DNA of 64,000 bases from Rhodosorus marinus CCMP1338. Taxonomy: Eukaryota; Plantae; Rhodophyta. Positions 24,121 through 36,735 of this stretch are shown here, in pieces. Position numbers and translations under genes: made by a program. Each line of letters opens with the position of its first letter. Position 1 is the stretch's first letter. Below the pieces are notes generated by a model. It had not been told where the DNA came from. It did not search any database and saw nothing but the letters and a program-made list of their open reading frames with translations. Where the stretch lies: NCBI GenBank assembly GCA_029953675.1, contig JAMWBK010000003.1, positions 1-64,000 of the forward strand, read 5' to 3'.

Positions 24121-24601
24121 TTGGAGACGTTTATAAGGGGGGAGTATCATTGCATCACGGCCGTTAGGCGCTTCGCAGGGCAAAATTGAATGCTAGTCTG
24201 GGGTTGGAGGGAGAGCGAAAATGAGATGCGGTTGGAATGTTCTCCCCTGAAGTATCCATTTACCTAAAGCAAAGCCGTTGAAAACCGAGGCTAGGGACTT
24301 CGTTGGGGACTTCGTTCTTTCCCCCCTCATACTGCAGGTCTGGGGTGCGCGTTATTATGTATGTGTACCAACCACTATCTATCGTCGACTAAGCGTTTCG
24401 CTCTGAGGACTTAAGCAGGGAGCTCGGAGGTAGTCGGCGTCGGTTTTGTCGATGGTGCTAGGCGTTGGTGCTGGTGCTAGATTTGCTTCTCCAAGACACG
24501 CTAGGAGACTAGTAAAGTCCAGGAGAGTGGTGTAAGTTTTTTTGCTTTTCTTGGAAAGCTTGGCTTGGTTTTCAGGAAAGGGGAGTTTTATTATTGGAAC
24601 G

Positions 24602-25130
24602 ATGAGCTTGAGGTGGGTAGTGGTTTTGGTGGGCATTTTGCATTTGGTGTGGGGAGATACCATCTACGATACATGCGCAAGTTTTGCTCTTCCTGACCCA
24701 TCGGGCATTCTGCCAAACGGAACTCCTTTAGTGTTGAAACGAGGGTTCTCTGGGGTGAGTCTTACTGCAGGAAGCTGACGCTTGGAGAGCTGGATGGGAA
24801 GATCCCCAACCTGTGCGTACGGAATCAGAACCCCAAAGACCAACTTCCGACGGGCTGCGTCAGGTTAACATTGAGGCATGTTAACCCAGGTATAATCAAG
24901 AAGATGAGAGTAGGTATCCACCCAGATTGCAACAACATCCCAATCAACAACAAGTACAGATTTCAAAGGAGGAGGAGTATTACGAAGCCGGGCGGTAGAG
25001 GAGGGAATATCAGGTCGATTAGTATCTGCTTTGACGACATTCCTGCGACCGAAACGTGCTGCGAAACAAAACAGTACCTGGTTTTTGAGGCGATCCTCGA
25101 AATTGCAGGCGCCAGTGCAAAAGCCCGATG
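24602..25130 (+). pseudogene. Secreted Cys-rich family member, frameshifted in the G run at 24752-24755 and truncated by element A copy 1
   Basis: Signal MSLRWVVVLVGILHLVWG; CVRLTL..MRVGIH..RFQRRRS..ICFDDI..CCE family motifs; element 5'UTR starts near 25131. Confidence 0.8.
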
Positions 25131-25381
25131 GGAGGAGTTGTTGTCGAGGATTGGAGTTTTGTTTCTTTTTCGGTCGGGAGCGTGTTCGTTTACGGGAAGC
25201 GCTTCCTCTGGTACGCCTTCCCCTCCATTTTCCGCGGGGCGTCGTTTGCATTTGCAACTACTTCTGTCTTCCGGGTGGGTGTGTTGCGGGGCCTTTCCTA
25301 TTTGGGTTGGGTTTGGTCGATTATTCTCTCGGTGCGGTTTCATATTGGTGGTGCAACGTTTCCTTTGCGCATTCCCTCAGG

Positions 25382-26791
25382 ATGCTAGAGATATCTCCGC
25401 GCTCGACGGAGCCTCCTCCCAAGGAGGCACTGCCAGGTGGGGGACTCCGTGTTCGCCTCAGCTGCGGCACCTTTTCTTCCGAGGTTGACTTGGAAGGCGC
25501 TTCTGGCACCCAGGCGCCTGCACTTATCTCCGCTGTCATCAGCCTGATCACGGCTGCGAGTGATCGTGGAGTGCTCCCTCAGCTCACCCAGAAGCTAGGT
25601 GGGCTGGAATCGGGATTGCTGGCCAGGTCAAATTCAAATTCGGACGAGAATTTGAATTGCACCAGAGTGGCAGCGTTGGCCGAAGGCAGTCAACATCAGG
25701 TCAATCAACATGAACCTGTCCCGGGACAGGCGAGGGCGGTTGCTTCTGCGCGGGACAGTACGACGTTGGGGAGCGGCAGGCCGGGCCAAAACGCGCTTCA
25801 GCGCTCGGGGACTCGAGGCAATGGTGGTGGTGACTGTGCGGCAACCGGTGTGGAGGAGACTGCAGCTGTGGACTTCCCTCTCTTGGACCAGCCCTCAGGT
25901 GGTCACCAGCTCCCGGCTACTTCGGGGGCACGTGGTGGCCGCAAGGGGGGCGCTTCGTACGCATCAGTCTTGCGGAAGGGCACTACTGCCACACGTACGG
26001 CGGCTATGCTCCGTTTCCTACCATCTCGCGAGCCTCAGGATGGGCCTGTGGAGACCACTCTCCAATTTCTGTGGGTGCGAAATGTCCGGCCCCAGACTAC
26101 ACGAGGACAGGTTCCGTCTATGCGAGACTTCCGAGACACTTTTGCGGAATCGTTAGGGTGCAGCCAGGGTGATTTCTTCTTCGCAAACTATGAGAGCCGC
26201 GATGTGCTTTTTTTGGTCTCCGCAACCGCCGCCAAGTACCTGGAGGCCTTGCTGGCGAAGCCTACCGAGCAGTGGCCTGAGAGCGCCCGGTGGCTGCGCT
26301 GCAACCCGCAGGTGGTTTTGCACTTGGATTTTGACCGTTTCTCGGGTAATCTCCTGTCTCCGGGAGAAACGGCAGGGCTCTCTGAGCATGAGAGCAGCGT
26401 GAAGGCGGCAGCGATCCATTGGCTACGGATTCAGCGCCTTGAGAGGATCTTGTTGGAGCGGTTCCGGTCGGGCCCTCGTCACCTGCGCATGGCGGTGTCC
26501 AGCTTCTTCGATCTGGAGAGGCGACTTGTGCTGACTTCGCGCTACAAGACAGAGCTGCAGCGGGTGGGGATTTTGGAGGGCTCTGCTTCCAGCACCACTT
26601 CCAGCGAGAGTGGTGAGGCAGGGGAGCAGACTGAGGGCATGGCGGTGGAGGACGCCCAGGTTACTTTGCTGAAGCCCGCGGGATCCGTTCCGCGAGCCTC
26701 GCGGAGTGGGCGGCTCACGACTTTGGTGCGGATAGGAGGTAAGAGAGCGAGGACCGACTCCCCCGGGTCTAAGGGGGAGAAGCACGATTAG
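25382..26791 (+). CDS. Family A ORF1 (469 aa), copy 1, open
   Basis: ATG chosen from the start homologous in A, B and C (MLEISP / MVGISP / MAGVPP / MVGVSP); function unknown. Confidence 0.8.
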   Translation: MLEISPRSTEPPPKEALPGGGLRVRLSCGTFSSEVDLEGASGTQAPALISAVISLITAASDRGVLPQLTQKLGGLESGLLARSNSNSDENLNCTRVAALAEGSQHQVNQHEPVPGQARAVASARDSTTLGSGRPGQNALQRSGTRGNGGGDCAATGVEETAAVDFPLLDQPSGGHQLPATSGARGGRKGGASYASVLRKGTTATRTAAMLRFLPSREPQDGPVETTLQFLWVRNVRPQTTRGQVPSMRDFRDTFAESLGCSQGDFFFANYESRDVLFLVSATAAKYLEALLAKPTEQWPESARWLRCNPQVVLHLDFDRFSGNLLSPGETAGLSEHESSVKAAAIHWLRIQRLERILLERFRSGPRHLRMAVSSFFDLERRLVLTSRYKTELQRVGILEGSASSTTSSESGEAGEQTEGMAVEDAQVTLLKPAGSVPRASRSGRLTTLVRIGGKRARTDSPGSKGEKHD

Positions 26792-26822
26792 CGCTCCAGG
26801 CACGGCTGCGAGGTCGCCACCT

Positions 26823-29800
26823 ATGGATCTACAGTGTTATGTCCAGGAGGGCGGAGACTGGAGACTGGGGCATTTGGCGTACGCGTTTTCGGAGTTGGCT
26901 CCGGCGGTGGATTTCTTTGGAAGGAGGCTCGCTTCCCCTCCGTGGGGGCATTCCCCCAGTCGTCCTCCCTCGTGGAGACCTTCTAGTAGCTGGAACCATT
27001 CTCGATTTCATCTTCACGAGCCTGGCTCGCAACATTCGGGACACAGTCATTTGGGTTTTCCTGGGGGTCATACCGCGCCTGATTCTGGCCCCCATTCACA
27101 CATCGGAGCGCAGATGGCGAGTACGAGACCGACTGGCCCTGTTCTTGAAGGGAGACTTCGAAGTACTACAGCGCAGCTATTTGGCGTCGTCAGCACCATC
27201 CGCCCGTCGGACTCGGTATGGCACAGTGTCGCCCGTACCGGCTCGAGTACAGAAATTGGTAGCAGTGGGCGATTTAAGTCGAGCGGCGCGGGTTTTGGAG
27301 GGCCAGGCGCCTGTCCTCCCCTACGATGAGAGTCTCGCCCAGACGGTGTCGTCTTTGTTCCCTGAGTCCGACGTGGACTTGTCCCCTGAATTCGACGTAT
27401 TCTTGGACCGTCCGGAGTTGGCCAGGTTTCGCATCTATCTGACGCGCAGTGAGTCTGACCTGGAGGATTTGCTTCGTACCTCGCGTCGGGGACGCTGTCC
27501 CGGACCCTCCGGACTAAGAACAGAGCTATTGCAGGCCCTGAGCCAGCCTGGCCAGATCGCGCTTCTGAGGATCCTTAACAAGTTGTTCCAGGGCGTATCG
27601 GGTGCGTCTGCGCCATGGGAACATCTCCGGCAGGCACAGCTTTGCTTGCTCACGAAACCTGACCACCAACCGGCCCACCCGCGTCTCCGGCCGATCGGGA
27701 TGGTGGAGAGCCTACGGAAGTTAGCCGGGAGGTGGCTATGCCAGCGCCTTCGCCAGCGAGTCACAGCTTTCATGACGCCCTTGCAAGTAGGGGTGGGATT
27801 TTCTGGGGGTTGCGAACTGATCACCCATGGGATCGAGCTAGAACGCGCCAGTAGGCCGGAGTGGGGAGTCTTGGTGGTTGATTTCCGGAACGCATTCAAC
27901 AGCGTGTCGCGGACGCATGCGCTAGAGGTGCTCCGACGGGTGTTTCCGGAGGCGTGGCCGCTTCTATCGGGTATTTACGGAGGGAGAGCCTCCCCTACTT
28001 GACAACGGAGGGCACTGTTTTTCAAGCATATACTGGCGTCCAACAAGGCGACCCTTGCGGACCTCTTCTTCATGCCTGTGCCCTACAGATCGTACTTTTA
28101 CGTCTTTTGACTGAGGTCTCGGATCTTCGAATATGCGCGCACCACGATGACGTAACATTGCTGGGCACCCCTGACGCCCTGGCTAGGGGGCTGACCGCGA
28201 TCGAAGCGATTGCACGTCGCGTCGGTTTGACTGTGGAAACAGAAAAATGTCGCTTTCTCCCCCCGAGGGACGTGTCGCTGACCTCTCTGCCACCCACTCT
28301 GCGACTAATCAGCGAACGTGAAGGGTTCGAACACCACGGCGTCGGATTGGGGACTGACAACTTTGTCCAAGCATCCTGTGAGCGAATTTTGGCACGGCAC
28401 CCCATTGAGCACCTACCCGACAGCATGCTGCAATCGGCCTGCTTGCTTTCCCGCTTTTGTGCCGGTCCCAGACTCAACTACTGTTTGCGCAGCCTGCCTC
28501 CAGCTTGGGGCTCGTGGATCGCGGCTAAAGCCGACGAAATGACCCTGCAACACCGGGGAACGCTCTTGGATGAGCCCCTCGATCTTGAAGCTGCTCCCGA
28601 CGGGGACTTGATTCGTGCACAGATCGCTCTACCGTTGCGATTAGGGGGATTCGGCGTCGCAGACCGTGGGCTGGTATGCTCGCCAGCGGCGGCTGCCTCC
28701 TGGGCTACCGCGCTGCGAACGTTGGTGACCTTCCAGAGGCGAAGTGCCTGCCTCTTGGCTCGAGCTTTGACCAACGAGGATCCAGTGACCCTGCCGCCCC
28801 CCCTTTTGACAATTTATGATGGTCTTCAACACGCGTTCAGGAGGTGCAACGCCGTGCCGGACGCAAATAGGTCCCGCTTTCGTTCCTGGAGGGAGCTGTT
28901 ATGGGGACGAGCTGAAGCGATTGAGAATTCTCCCCTCCACCGAGTTCTTGCCGATGACGGAGAGGCTAGCCCCGGGTCACCTGTTGCAGACTACCCGGAT
29001 TTGAGCCGATTTTGGAGCTCCCGCACTGATGTGATTCAACATAGCCTCACCTGGGGCCAACACAGCGCCGCTCACACAGTCATGCTGAATTATCCTCTCA
29101 CGCCGCCTACCACTGCCGCTCGTCTCCGCGGCATGGGAGGCCACCTCTCGCACTTGTGGTTAACCACTCTACCGTCGTCATTGAATCATCGTCTCGATGC
29201 TTTCCAGTTCCGTTCTGCCGCACGCATCTATCTCGGTTTGCCACAGGCTCCGTGGCACTCTAATCGGCCGTCTTTCTGTCAGGGATGTGAGAGCCGGATT
29301 GACGCTTGTGGCCACCACTTCCTGGGTTCCTGCGGACTGTTGAGAGGTCTCCGTACGAGGCGTCACACTCGCCTCAAGTACATCCTCAGCGAATTTTTGA
29401 CTCGGATAGGGCATACGGTTGAGGTTGAGTCGGAACTGCCCAGATCAATCTCGGACTCTGCACCGTCCCGTTGTATAGCCGCTCTCCTCGTCTCCGACGC
29501 TGCTGCCAGACGCTCAACATATGTGTACCTTGCAATTACCTGCCCCGTGGCCAGCGCCCACCTCACCGCAGCCGCCCGCCGCCGGGGGGCCGCGGCTTCA
29601 GCCCTTCGAAGAGTTAAGGAACGACGGTATGCTGAGAGCATGGCCAGTCTGCCTTGCGCTGAGGGTCGCTCTCACCGGTTCCAGCCATTCAATGTGGAAA
29701 GCTTTGGTCACGTGGATAAGTCGGGTTGAGAGTGGTTGCGGAAATGTTTTGCTGAGCATCCTACTGAATATTTGGCGCTCTTGAGGCGTTTAAGTGTCTC

Positions 29801-29882
29801 CCTTTGGCGATATTCCAGCGACATGCTTTCCGAGGCGCGCCATCGGCGCCTGGGGTTGCATGCTTCCCTCCCTAGTCATTAG
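26823..29882 (+). pseudogene. Family A ORF2 (RT-RLE), copy 1, disrupted
   Basis: LRPIGMVESLRK, QVGVGFSGGCE, VDFRNAFNSVSR, GVQQGDP, HHDD, C-x2-C-x9-H-x4-C, RRHT, FNVESFG. Confidence 0.9.
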
Positions 29883-30109
29883 TTCATCTTCACGCCTTGC
29901 GTAGCGCTTCAGGCTATGCTAGTAAAGTACAGTCCAGTAAAGTCCAGTAGAGCAGGGCTCCGCACCGGATTATTGCAGGCCTTGGGCAAAGCTGGCCAGA
30001 GTGGTAACAAGCGGAGTAAAGCCCAGTAAAGCCCAGTAAATCACAATAAAGCCAATAAAGCCAGTAAAACCACCAGTTGCATACCATGTCCTTATTAGCT
30101 GCTCTTTTG

Positions 30110-33100
30110 TTTGAGACACATGGATGCGTTGCAAAACACCCTCGCTTGTACTTGCACCGTGCTACCTACGGCCGATTTCTTGCGCAGATGGTCTAATCTT
30201 CCCGAGATCGCGCCCGCCTGCGTAGTCTTGGAGGGTGGATTAGCTGGACTTTACTGGACTTTACTAGCATAGCCTGAAGCGCTACGCAAGGCGTGAAGAT
30301 GAAATAATAACTGGACTTTACTAGCATAGCCTGAAGCGCTACGCAAGGCGTGAAGATGAACTAATAACTAGGGAGGGAAGCATGCAACCCCAGGCGCCGA
30401 TGGCGCGCCTCGGAAAGCATGTCGCTGGAATATCGCCAAAGGGAGACACTTAAACGCCTCAAGAGCGCCAAATATTCAGTAGGATGCTCAGCAAAACATT
30501 TCCGCAACCACTCTAAACCCGACTTATCCACGTGACCAAAGCTTTCCACAATGAATGGCTGGAACCGGTGAGAGCGACCCTCAGCGCAAGGCAGACTGGC
30601 CATGCTCTCAGCATACCGTCGTTCCTTAACTCTTCGAAGGGCTGAAGCCGCGGCCCCCCGGGCGGCGGGCGGCTGCGGTGAGGTGGGCGCTGGCCACGGG
30701 GCAGGTAATCGCAAGGTCCACATATGTTGAGCGTCTGGCAGCAGCGTCGGAGACGAGGAGATCGGCTATACAACGGGGCGGTGCAGAGTCCGAGATGGAT
30801 CTGGGCAGTTCCGACTCAACCTCAACCGTATGCCCTATCCGAGTCAAAGATTCGCTGAGGATGTACTTGAGGCGAGTGTGACGCCTCGTACGGAGACCTC
30901 GCAACAGTCCGCAGGAACCCAGGAAGTGGTAGCCACAAGCGTCAATCCGGCTCTCACATCCCTGACAGAAAGACGGCCGATTAGAGTGCCACGGAGCCTG
31001 TGGAAAACCGAGATAGATGCGTGCGGCAGAACGGAACTGGAAAGCATCGAGACGATGACTCAATGACGACGGTAGAGTGGTTAACCACAAGTGCGAGAGG
31101 TGGCCTCCCATGCCGCGGAGACGAGCGGCAGTGGTAGGCGGCGTGAGAGGAGAATTGAGCATGACTGTGTGAGCGGCACTGTGTTGGCCCCAGGTGAGGC
31201 TATGTTGAATCACATCAGTGCGGGAGCTCCACAATCGGCTCAAACCCGGGTAGTCTGCAACAGGGGACCCGGGGCTAGCCTCTCCGTCATCGGCAAGAAC
31301 TCGGTGGAGGGGAGAATCCTCAATCGCTTCAGCTCGTCCCCATAACAGCTCCCTCCAGGAACGAAAGCGGGACCGATTTGCGTCCGGCACGGCGTTGCAC
31401 CTCCTGAACGCGTGTTGAAGACCATCATAAATTGTCAAAAGCGGAGGGCGGCAGGGTCACTGGATCCTCGTTGGTCAAAGCTCGAGCCAAGAGGCAGGCA
31501 CTTCGCATCCGGAAGGTCACCAACGTTCGCAGCGCGGTAGCCCAGGAGGCAACCGCCGCTGGCGAGCATACCAGCCCACGGTCTGCGACGCCGAATCCCC
31601 CTAATCGCAACGGTAGAGCGATCTGTGCACGAATAAAGTCCCTGTCGGGAGCAGCTTCAAGATCGAGGGGCTCATCCAAGAGCGTTCCCCAGTGTTGCAG
31701 GGTCATTTCGTCGGCTTTAGCCGCGATCCACGAGCCCCAAGCTGGAGGCAGGCTGCGCAACCAGTAGTTGAGTCTGGGACCGGCACAAAAGCGGGAAAGC
31801 AAGCAGCCCGATTGCAGCATGCTGTCGGGTAGGTGCTCAATGGCGTCGGTGAGTTGCTTGTGCCGTGCCAAAACTCGCTCGCAGGATGCTTGGACAAAGT
31901 TGTCAGTCCCCAATCCGACGCCGTGGTGTTCGAACCCTTCACGTTCGCTGACTAGTCGCAGAGTGGGTGGCAGAGAGTTCAGCGACACGTCCCTCGGGGG
32001 GCGAAAGCGACATTTTTCTGTTTCCACAGTCAAACCGACGCGACGTGCAATCGCTTCGATCGCGGTCAGTCCCCTAGCCAGGGTGTCAGGGGTGCCCAGC
32101 AATGTTACGTCATCGTGGTACGCGCAGATTCGAAGATCCGAGACCTCAGTCGAAAGACGTAAAAGTACGAGCTGTAGGGCACAGGCATGAAGAAGAGGTC
32201 CGCAAGGGTCGCCTTGTTGGACGCCAGTATGTGCTTGAAAAACAGTGCCCTCCGTTGTCAAGTAGGGGAGGCTCTCCCCTCCGTAAATACCCGATAGAAG
32301 CGGCCACGCCTCCGGAAACACACGTCGGAGCACCTCTAGCGCATGCGTCCGCGACACGCTGTTGAATGCGTTCCGGAAATCAACCACCAAGACTCCCCAC
32401 TCCGGCCTACTGGCGCGTTCTAGCTCGATCCCATGGGTGATCAGTTCGCAACCCCAGAAAATCCCACCCCTACTTGCAAGGGCGCCATAAAAGCTGTGAC
32501 GCGCTGGCGAAGGCGCTGGCATAGCCACCTCCCGGCTAACTTCCGTAGGCTCTCCACCATCCCGATCGGCCGGAGACGCGGGTGGGCCGGCTGCTGGTCA
32601 GGTTTCGTGAGCAAGCAAAGCTGTGCCTGCCGGAGATGTTCCCATGGCGCGGACGCACCCGATACGCCCTGGAACAACTTGTTAAGGATCCTCAGAAGCG
32701 CGCTCTGGCCAGGCTGGCTCAGGGCCTGCAATAGCTCTGTTCTTAGTCCGGAGGGTCCAGGACAGCGTCCCCGACGCGAGGTACGAAGCAAATCCTCCAG
32801 GTCAGACTCACTGAGCGTCAGATCGATGCGAAACCTGGCCAACTCCGGACGGTCCAAGAATACGTCGAATTCAGGGGACAAGTCCACGTCGGACTCAGGG
32901 AACAAAGACGACACCGTCTGGGCGAGACTCTCATCGTAGGGGAGGACAGGCGCCTGGCCCTCCAAAACCCGCGCCGCTCGACTTAAATCGCCCACTGCTA
33001 CCAATTTCTGTACTCGAGCTGGCACGGGCGACACTGTGCCATGCCGAGTCCGACGGGCGGATGGTGCTGACGACGCCAAATAGCTGCGCTGTAGTACTTC

Positions 33101-36100
33101 GAAGTCTCCCTTCAAGAACAGGGCCAGTCGGTCTCGTACTCGCCATCTGCGCTCCGATGTGTGAATGGGGGCCAGAATCAGGCGCGGTATGACCCCCAGG
33201 AAAACCCAAATGACTGTGTCCCGAATGTTGCGAGCCAGGCTCGTGAAGATGAAATCGAGAATGGTTCCAGCTACCAGAAGGTCTCCACGAGGAAGGACGA
33301 CTGGGGGAATGCCCCCACGGAGGGGAAGCGAGCCTCCTTCCAAAGAAATCCACCGCCGGAGCCAACTCCGAAAACGCGTACGCCAAATGCCCCAGTCTCC
33401 GCCCTCCTTCAGGACATAAGACTGTAGATCCATAGGCTGCGACCTCGCAGCCGTGCCTGGAGCGCTAATCGTGCTTCTCCCCCTTAGACCCGGGGGAGTC
33501 GGTCCTCGCTCTCTTACCTCCTATCCGCACCAAAGTCGTGAGCCTCCCACTCCGCGAGGCTCGCGGAACGGATCCCGCGGGCTTCAGCAAAGTAACCTGG
33601 GCGTCCTCCACCGCCATGCCCTCAGTCTGCTCCCCTGCCTCACCACTCTCGCTGGAAGTGGTGCTGGAAGCAGAGCCCTCCAAAATCCCCACCCGCTGCA
33701 GCTCTGTCTTGTAGCGCGAAGTCAGCACAAGTCGCCTCTCCAGATCGAAGAAACTGGAAACCGCCATGCGCAGGTGACGAGGGCCCGACCGGAACCGCGC
33801 CAACAAGATCCTCTCAAGGCGCTGAATCCGTAGCCAATGGATCGCTGCCGCCTTCACGCTGCTCTCATGCTCAGAGAGCCCTGCCGTTTCTCCCGGAGAC
33901 AGGAAATTGCCCGAGAAACGGTCAAAATCCAAGTGCAAAACCACCTGCGGGTTGCAGCGCAGCCACCGGGCGCTCTCAGGCCACTGCTCGGTAGGCTTCG
34001 CCAGCAAGGCCTCCAGGTACTTGGCGGCGGTTGCGGAGACCAAAAACAGCACATCGCGGCCCTCATAGTTTGCGAAGAAGAAATCACCCCTGCTGCACCC
34101 TAACGATTCCGCAAAAGTGTCCCGGAAGTCTCGCATAGACGGAACCTGTCCTCGTGTAGTCTGGGGCCGGACATTTCGCACCCACAGAAATTGGAGAGTG
34201 GTCTCCACAGGTCCATCCTGAGGCTCGCGAGATGGTATGAAACGGAGCATAGCCGCCGTACGTGTGGCAGTGGTGCCCTTCCGCAAGACTGATGCGTACG
34301 AAGCGCCCCCTTGCGGCCACCACGTGCCCCCGAAGTAGCCGGGAGCTGGTGACCACCTGAGGGCTGGTCCAAGAGAGGGAAGTCCACAGCTGCAGTCTCC
34401 TCCACACCGGTTGCCGCACAGTCACCACCACCATTGCCTCGAGTCCCCGAGCGCTGAAGCGCGTTTTGGCCCGGCCTGCCGCTCCCCAACGTCGTACTGT
34501 CCCGCGCAGAAGCAACAGCCCTCGCCTGTCCCGGGACAGGTTCATGTTGATTGACCGGATGTTGACTGCCTTCAGCCAACGCTGCCACTCTGGGGCAATT
34601 CAAATTCTCGTCCGAATTTGAATTTGACCTGGCCAGCAATCCCGATTCCAGCCCACCTAGCTTCTGGGTGAGCTGAGGGAGCACTCCACGATCACTCGCA
34701 GCCGTGATCAGGCTGGTGACAGCGGAGATAAGTGCACGCGCCTGGGTGCCAGAAGCGTCTTCCAAGTCAACCTCGGAAGAAAAGGTGCCGCAGCTGAGGC
34801 GAACACGGAGTCCCCCACCTGGCAGTGCCTCCTTGGGAGGAGGCTCCGTCGAGTGCGGAGATATCCCTACCATCCTGAGGGAATCCGCCAAGGAAACGTT
34901 GCACCACCAATATGAAACCGCACCGAGAGAATAATCGACCAAACCCAACCCAAATAGGAAAGCCCCCGCAACTCACCCACCCGGAAGACAGAAGTAGTTG
35001 CAAATGCAAACGACGCCCCGCGGAAAATCGAGGGGAAGGCGTACCAGAGGAAGCGCTTCCCGTAAACGAACACGCTCGCGACCGGAAAAGAAACAAAACC
35101 CCAAATAATAACTAGGGAGGGAAGTATGCAACCCCAGGCGCCGATGGCGCGCCTCGGAAAGCATGTCGCTGGAATATCGCCAAAGGGTTTACTAGCATAG
35201 CCTGAAGCGCTACGCAAGGCGTGAAGATGAACTAATAACTAGGGAGGGAAGTATGCAACCCCAGGCGCCGATGGCGCGCCTCGGAAAGCATGTCGCTGGA
35301 ATATCGCCAAAGGGAGACACTTAAACGCCTCAAGAGCGCCAAATATTCAGTAGGATGCTCAGCAAAACATTTCCGTGGATTAGCTCGCAGTGGCTCACGA
35401 GCGTCCCCGCTTTTCAACCACTCACACTGGCAGATTTCGAGGTGCGCGCTTCTCTACGTTTATACCTGGGTTTGCATCAGCCGCGCTGGCCTTCCGGGAT
35501 GGGTTCGTCGTGCCCTCTAGGCTCTCAGAGCGAAGATACCGCGGATTTTGGCGCCCAACTATTCGCCAGCTGCCCCGCCGTGAAAGGCACCCGAACCCGA
35601 TACATACGCGGATCTTCAACCTGTTATACCGCGAACTTCGACCTATCGTATGGCAAGCCAGTGTTGAAATTGAACGTGAGAAGCCCCTGCCTGTCGCAGA
35701 CCACCAGAATGATGAACGCCTCGTCGCTGCCCTCGTGGTGACCTGTGACGATAGCCGCCGTACAACGTACGTTGGCCTTGCTGTTCCTAATCCTCAGGGA
35801 GGTCGCTATCTGCGGGCTGCGGGGGAGCGCCGTGGATTTGCCGCTGCCAATATGAGACTTCGCAAAGAGTTGAATATGCAAGTGCCTTGTCCTCCCCAGG
35901 CATTCGTGTTTTAGCTCTAGCTCATCGCCCGGTACCTCAGGCCATTGAGTGCTTTGGGTTTATGGATTCCGTTGGTTCTCGTTGGCTTCGGGAATTGTTC
36001 CGCGAACGCCTCGACCGTCTGTCCTCGTTATTTACCCGTTCAATTTTCTTGCCGTGGCGTATGAATGCTGCTTTTATGTTGGAGGCGCGCGATCTTCGCT

Positions 36101-36150
36101 GAGCTCAGTCTTTTTTTTCCTCTCGGGTTTGTGCTTTCAGCCTCCGATTA
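30110..36150 (+). mobile_element. Family C-like fragment (30110-30245 plus 35375-36150) split by the family A composite
   Basis: The two halves are collinear with C ORF2 (RLRSLGG.IS / SQWL); TSD GTGGATTAGCT at 30235-30245 and 35375-35385. Confidence 0.9.
30313..35102 (-). mobile_element. Family A copy 2, near full length; ORF1 34873-33465, ORF2 33433-30361
   Basis: Highly similar to copies 1 and 3; YHDD; about four 1-bp indels in or next to G/C runs; TSD AAATAATAACT at 30302-30312 and 35103-35113. Confidence 0.95.
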
Positions 36151-36494
36151 AGCCAACTCATTTATTTTGAAAGCAGTTTCTTGCTAACAAAAGAGCAAAA
36201 AATTGTGGATTACATTGTTTTGGATGATTCTCCTTTCCCCCATCGACTTTTATTGCCCCCTTTCCCGGACAGAACATGGGGATTGTTCATCCCCATTAAT
36301 TTTATGATCATCAAAACAGCGCTTTTTTTCAGCCTCCGATTAAACCATTCGTTCGTTTTTAGTGTCGACTTGTGCCGTCCAATAACGTTTATCGGACGGC
36401 ACCGATAATTCCTGATCTAGGTCATACTGCACTAATTTTGGTAAAAAAGCGCCATCCTCGACTCAAGTGTTTGCAGACAACCTTTGATGGGATC

Positions 36495-36682
36495 GAACGA
36501 ATGGTTTAATCGGAGGCTGAGGGGATGATGAATGAATGGTTTAATCGGAGGCTGAAAAAAAAAAAAAAAACCGAGGGGAAAAAAAGACTAAGCGCGGCGA
36601 AGTACTCGCGCCTCCAACATCAAAGCGGCATTCATGCGCCACAGCAGGAAACTTAAGCGGGTAAACAACGATTGAAGACGGA
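36495..36682 (-). mobile_element. Family C 3' end with a doubled terminus
   Basis: GAATGGTTTAATCGGAGGCTGA occurs twice (~36498 and ~36533). Confidence 0.9.
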
Positions 36683-36735
36683 TAGGGTACCTCCCTCTGA
36701 GCGATCAGAGAGGAGGGGCTATGAAGGAGCTGAAA

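Larger units (their letters stand above)
25131..29945 (+). mobile_element. Family A RLE-type (CRE-like) non-LTR retrotransposon, copy 1, near full length, defective
   Basis: ORF1 plus ORF2 with RT and RLE motifs, 3'UTR, AGTAAAGTCC tail; frameshifts near 26845 and 27985, 18-bp deletion, HHDD, premature stop at 29729. Confidence 0.95.

Noticed and set aside
24756-24770. 16-nt GTGAGT..GCAG mini-intron rescuing the Cys-rich gene
   Set aside because: Implausibly short; one missing G in the G run restores the frame and keeps the family-like ESYCRKL motif
25031-25381. 586-aa ORF1 with a long N-terminal extension
   Set aside because: The extension is a non-ATG read-through across host pseudogene and 5'UTR; other copies support the ATG at 25382
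26153-34934. Many 60-190 aa antisense or alternate-frame ORFs repeated in each A copy
   Set aside because: Shadow ORFs of GC-rich coding sequence, repeated only because the element is repeated
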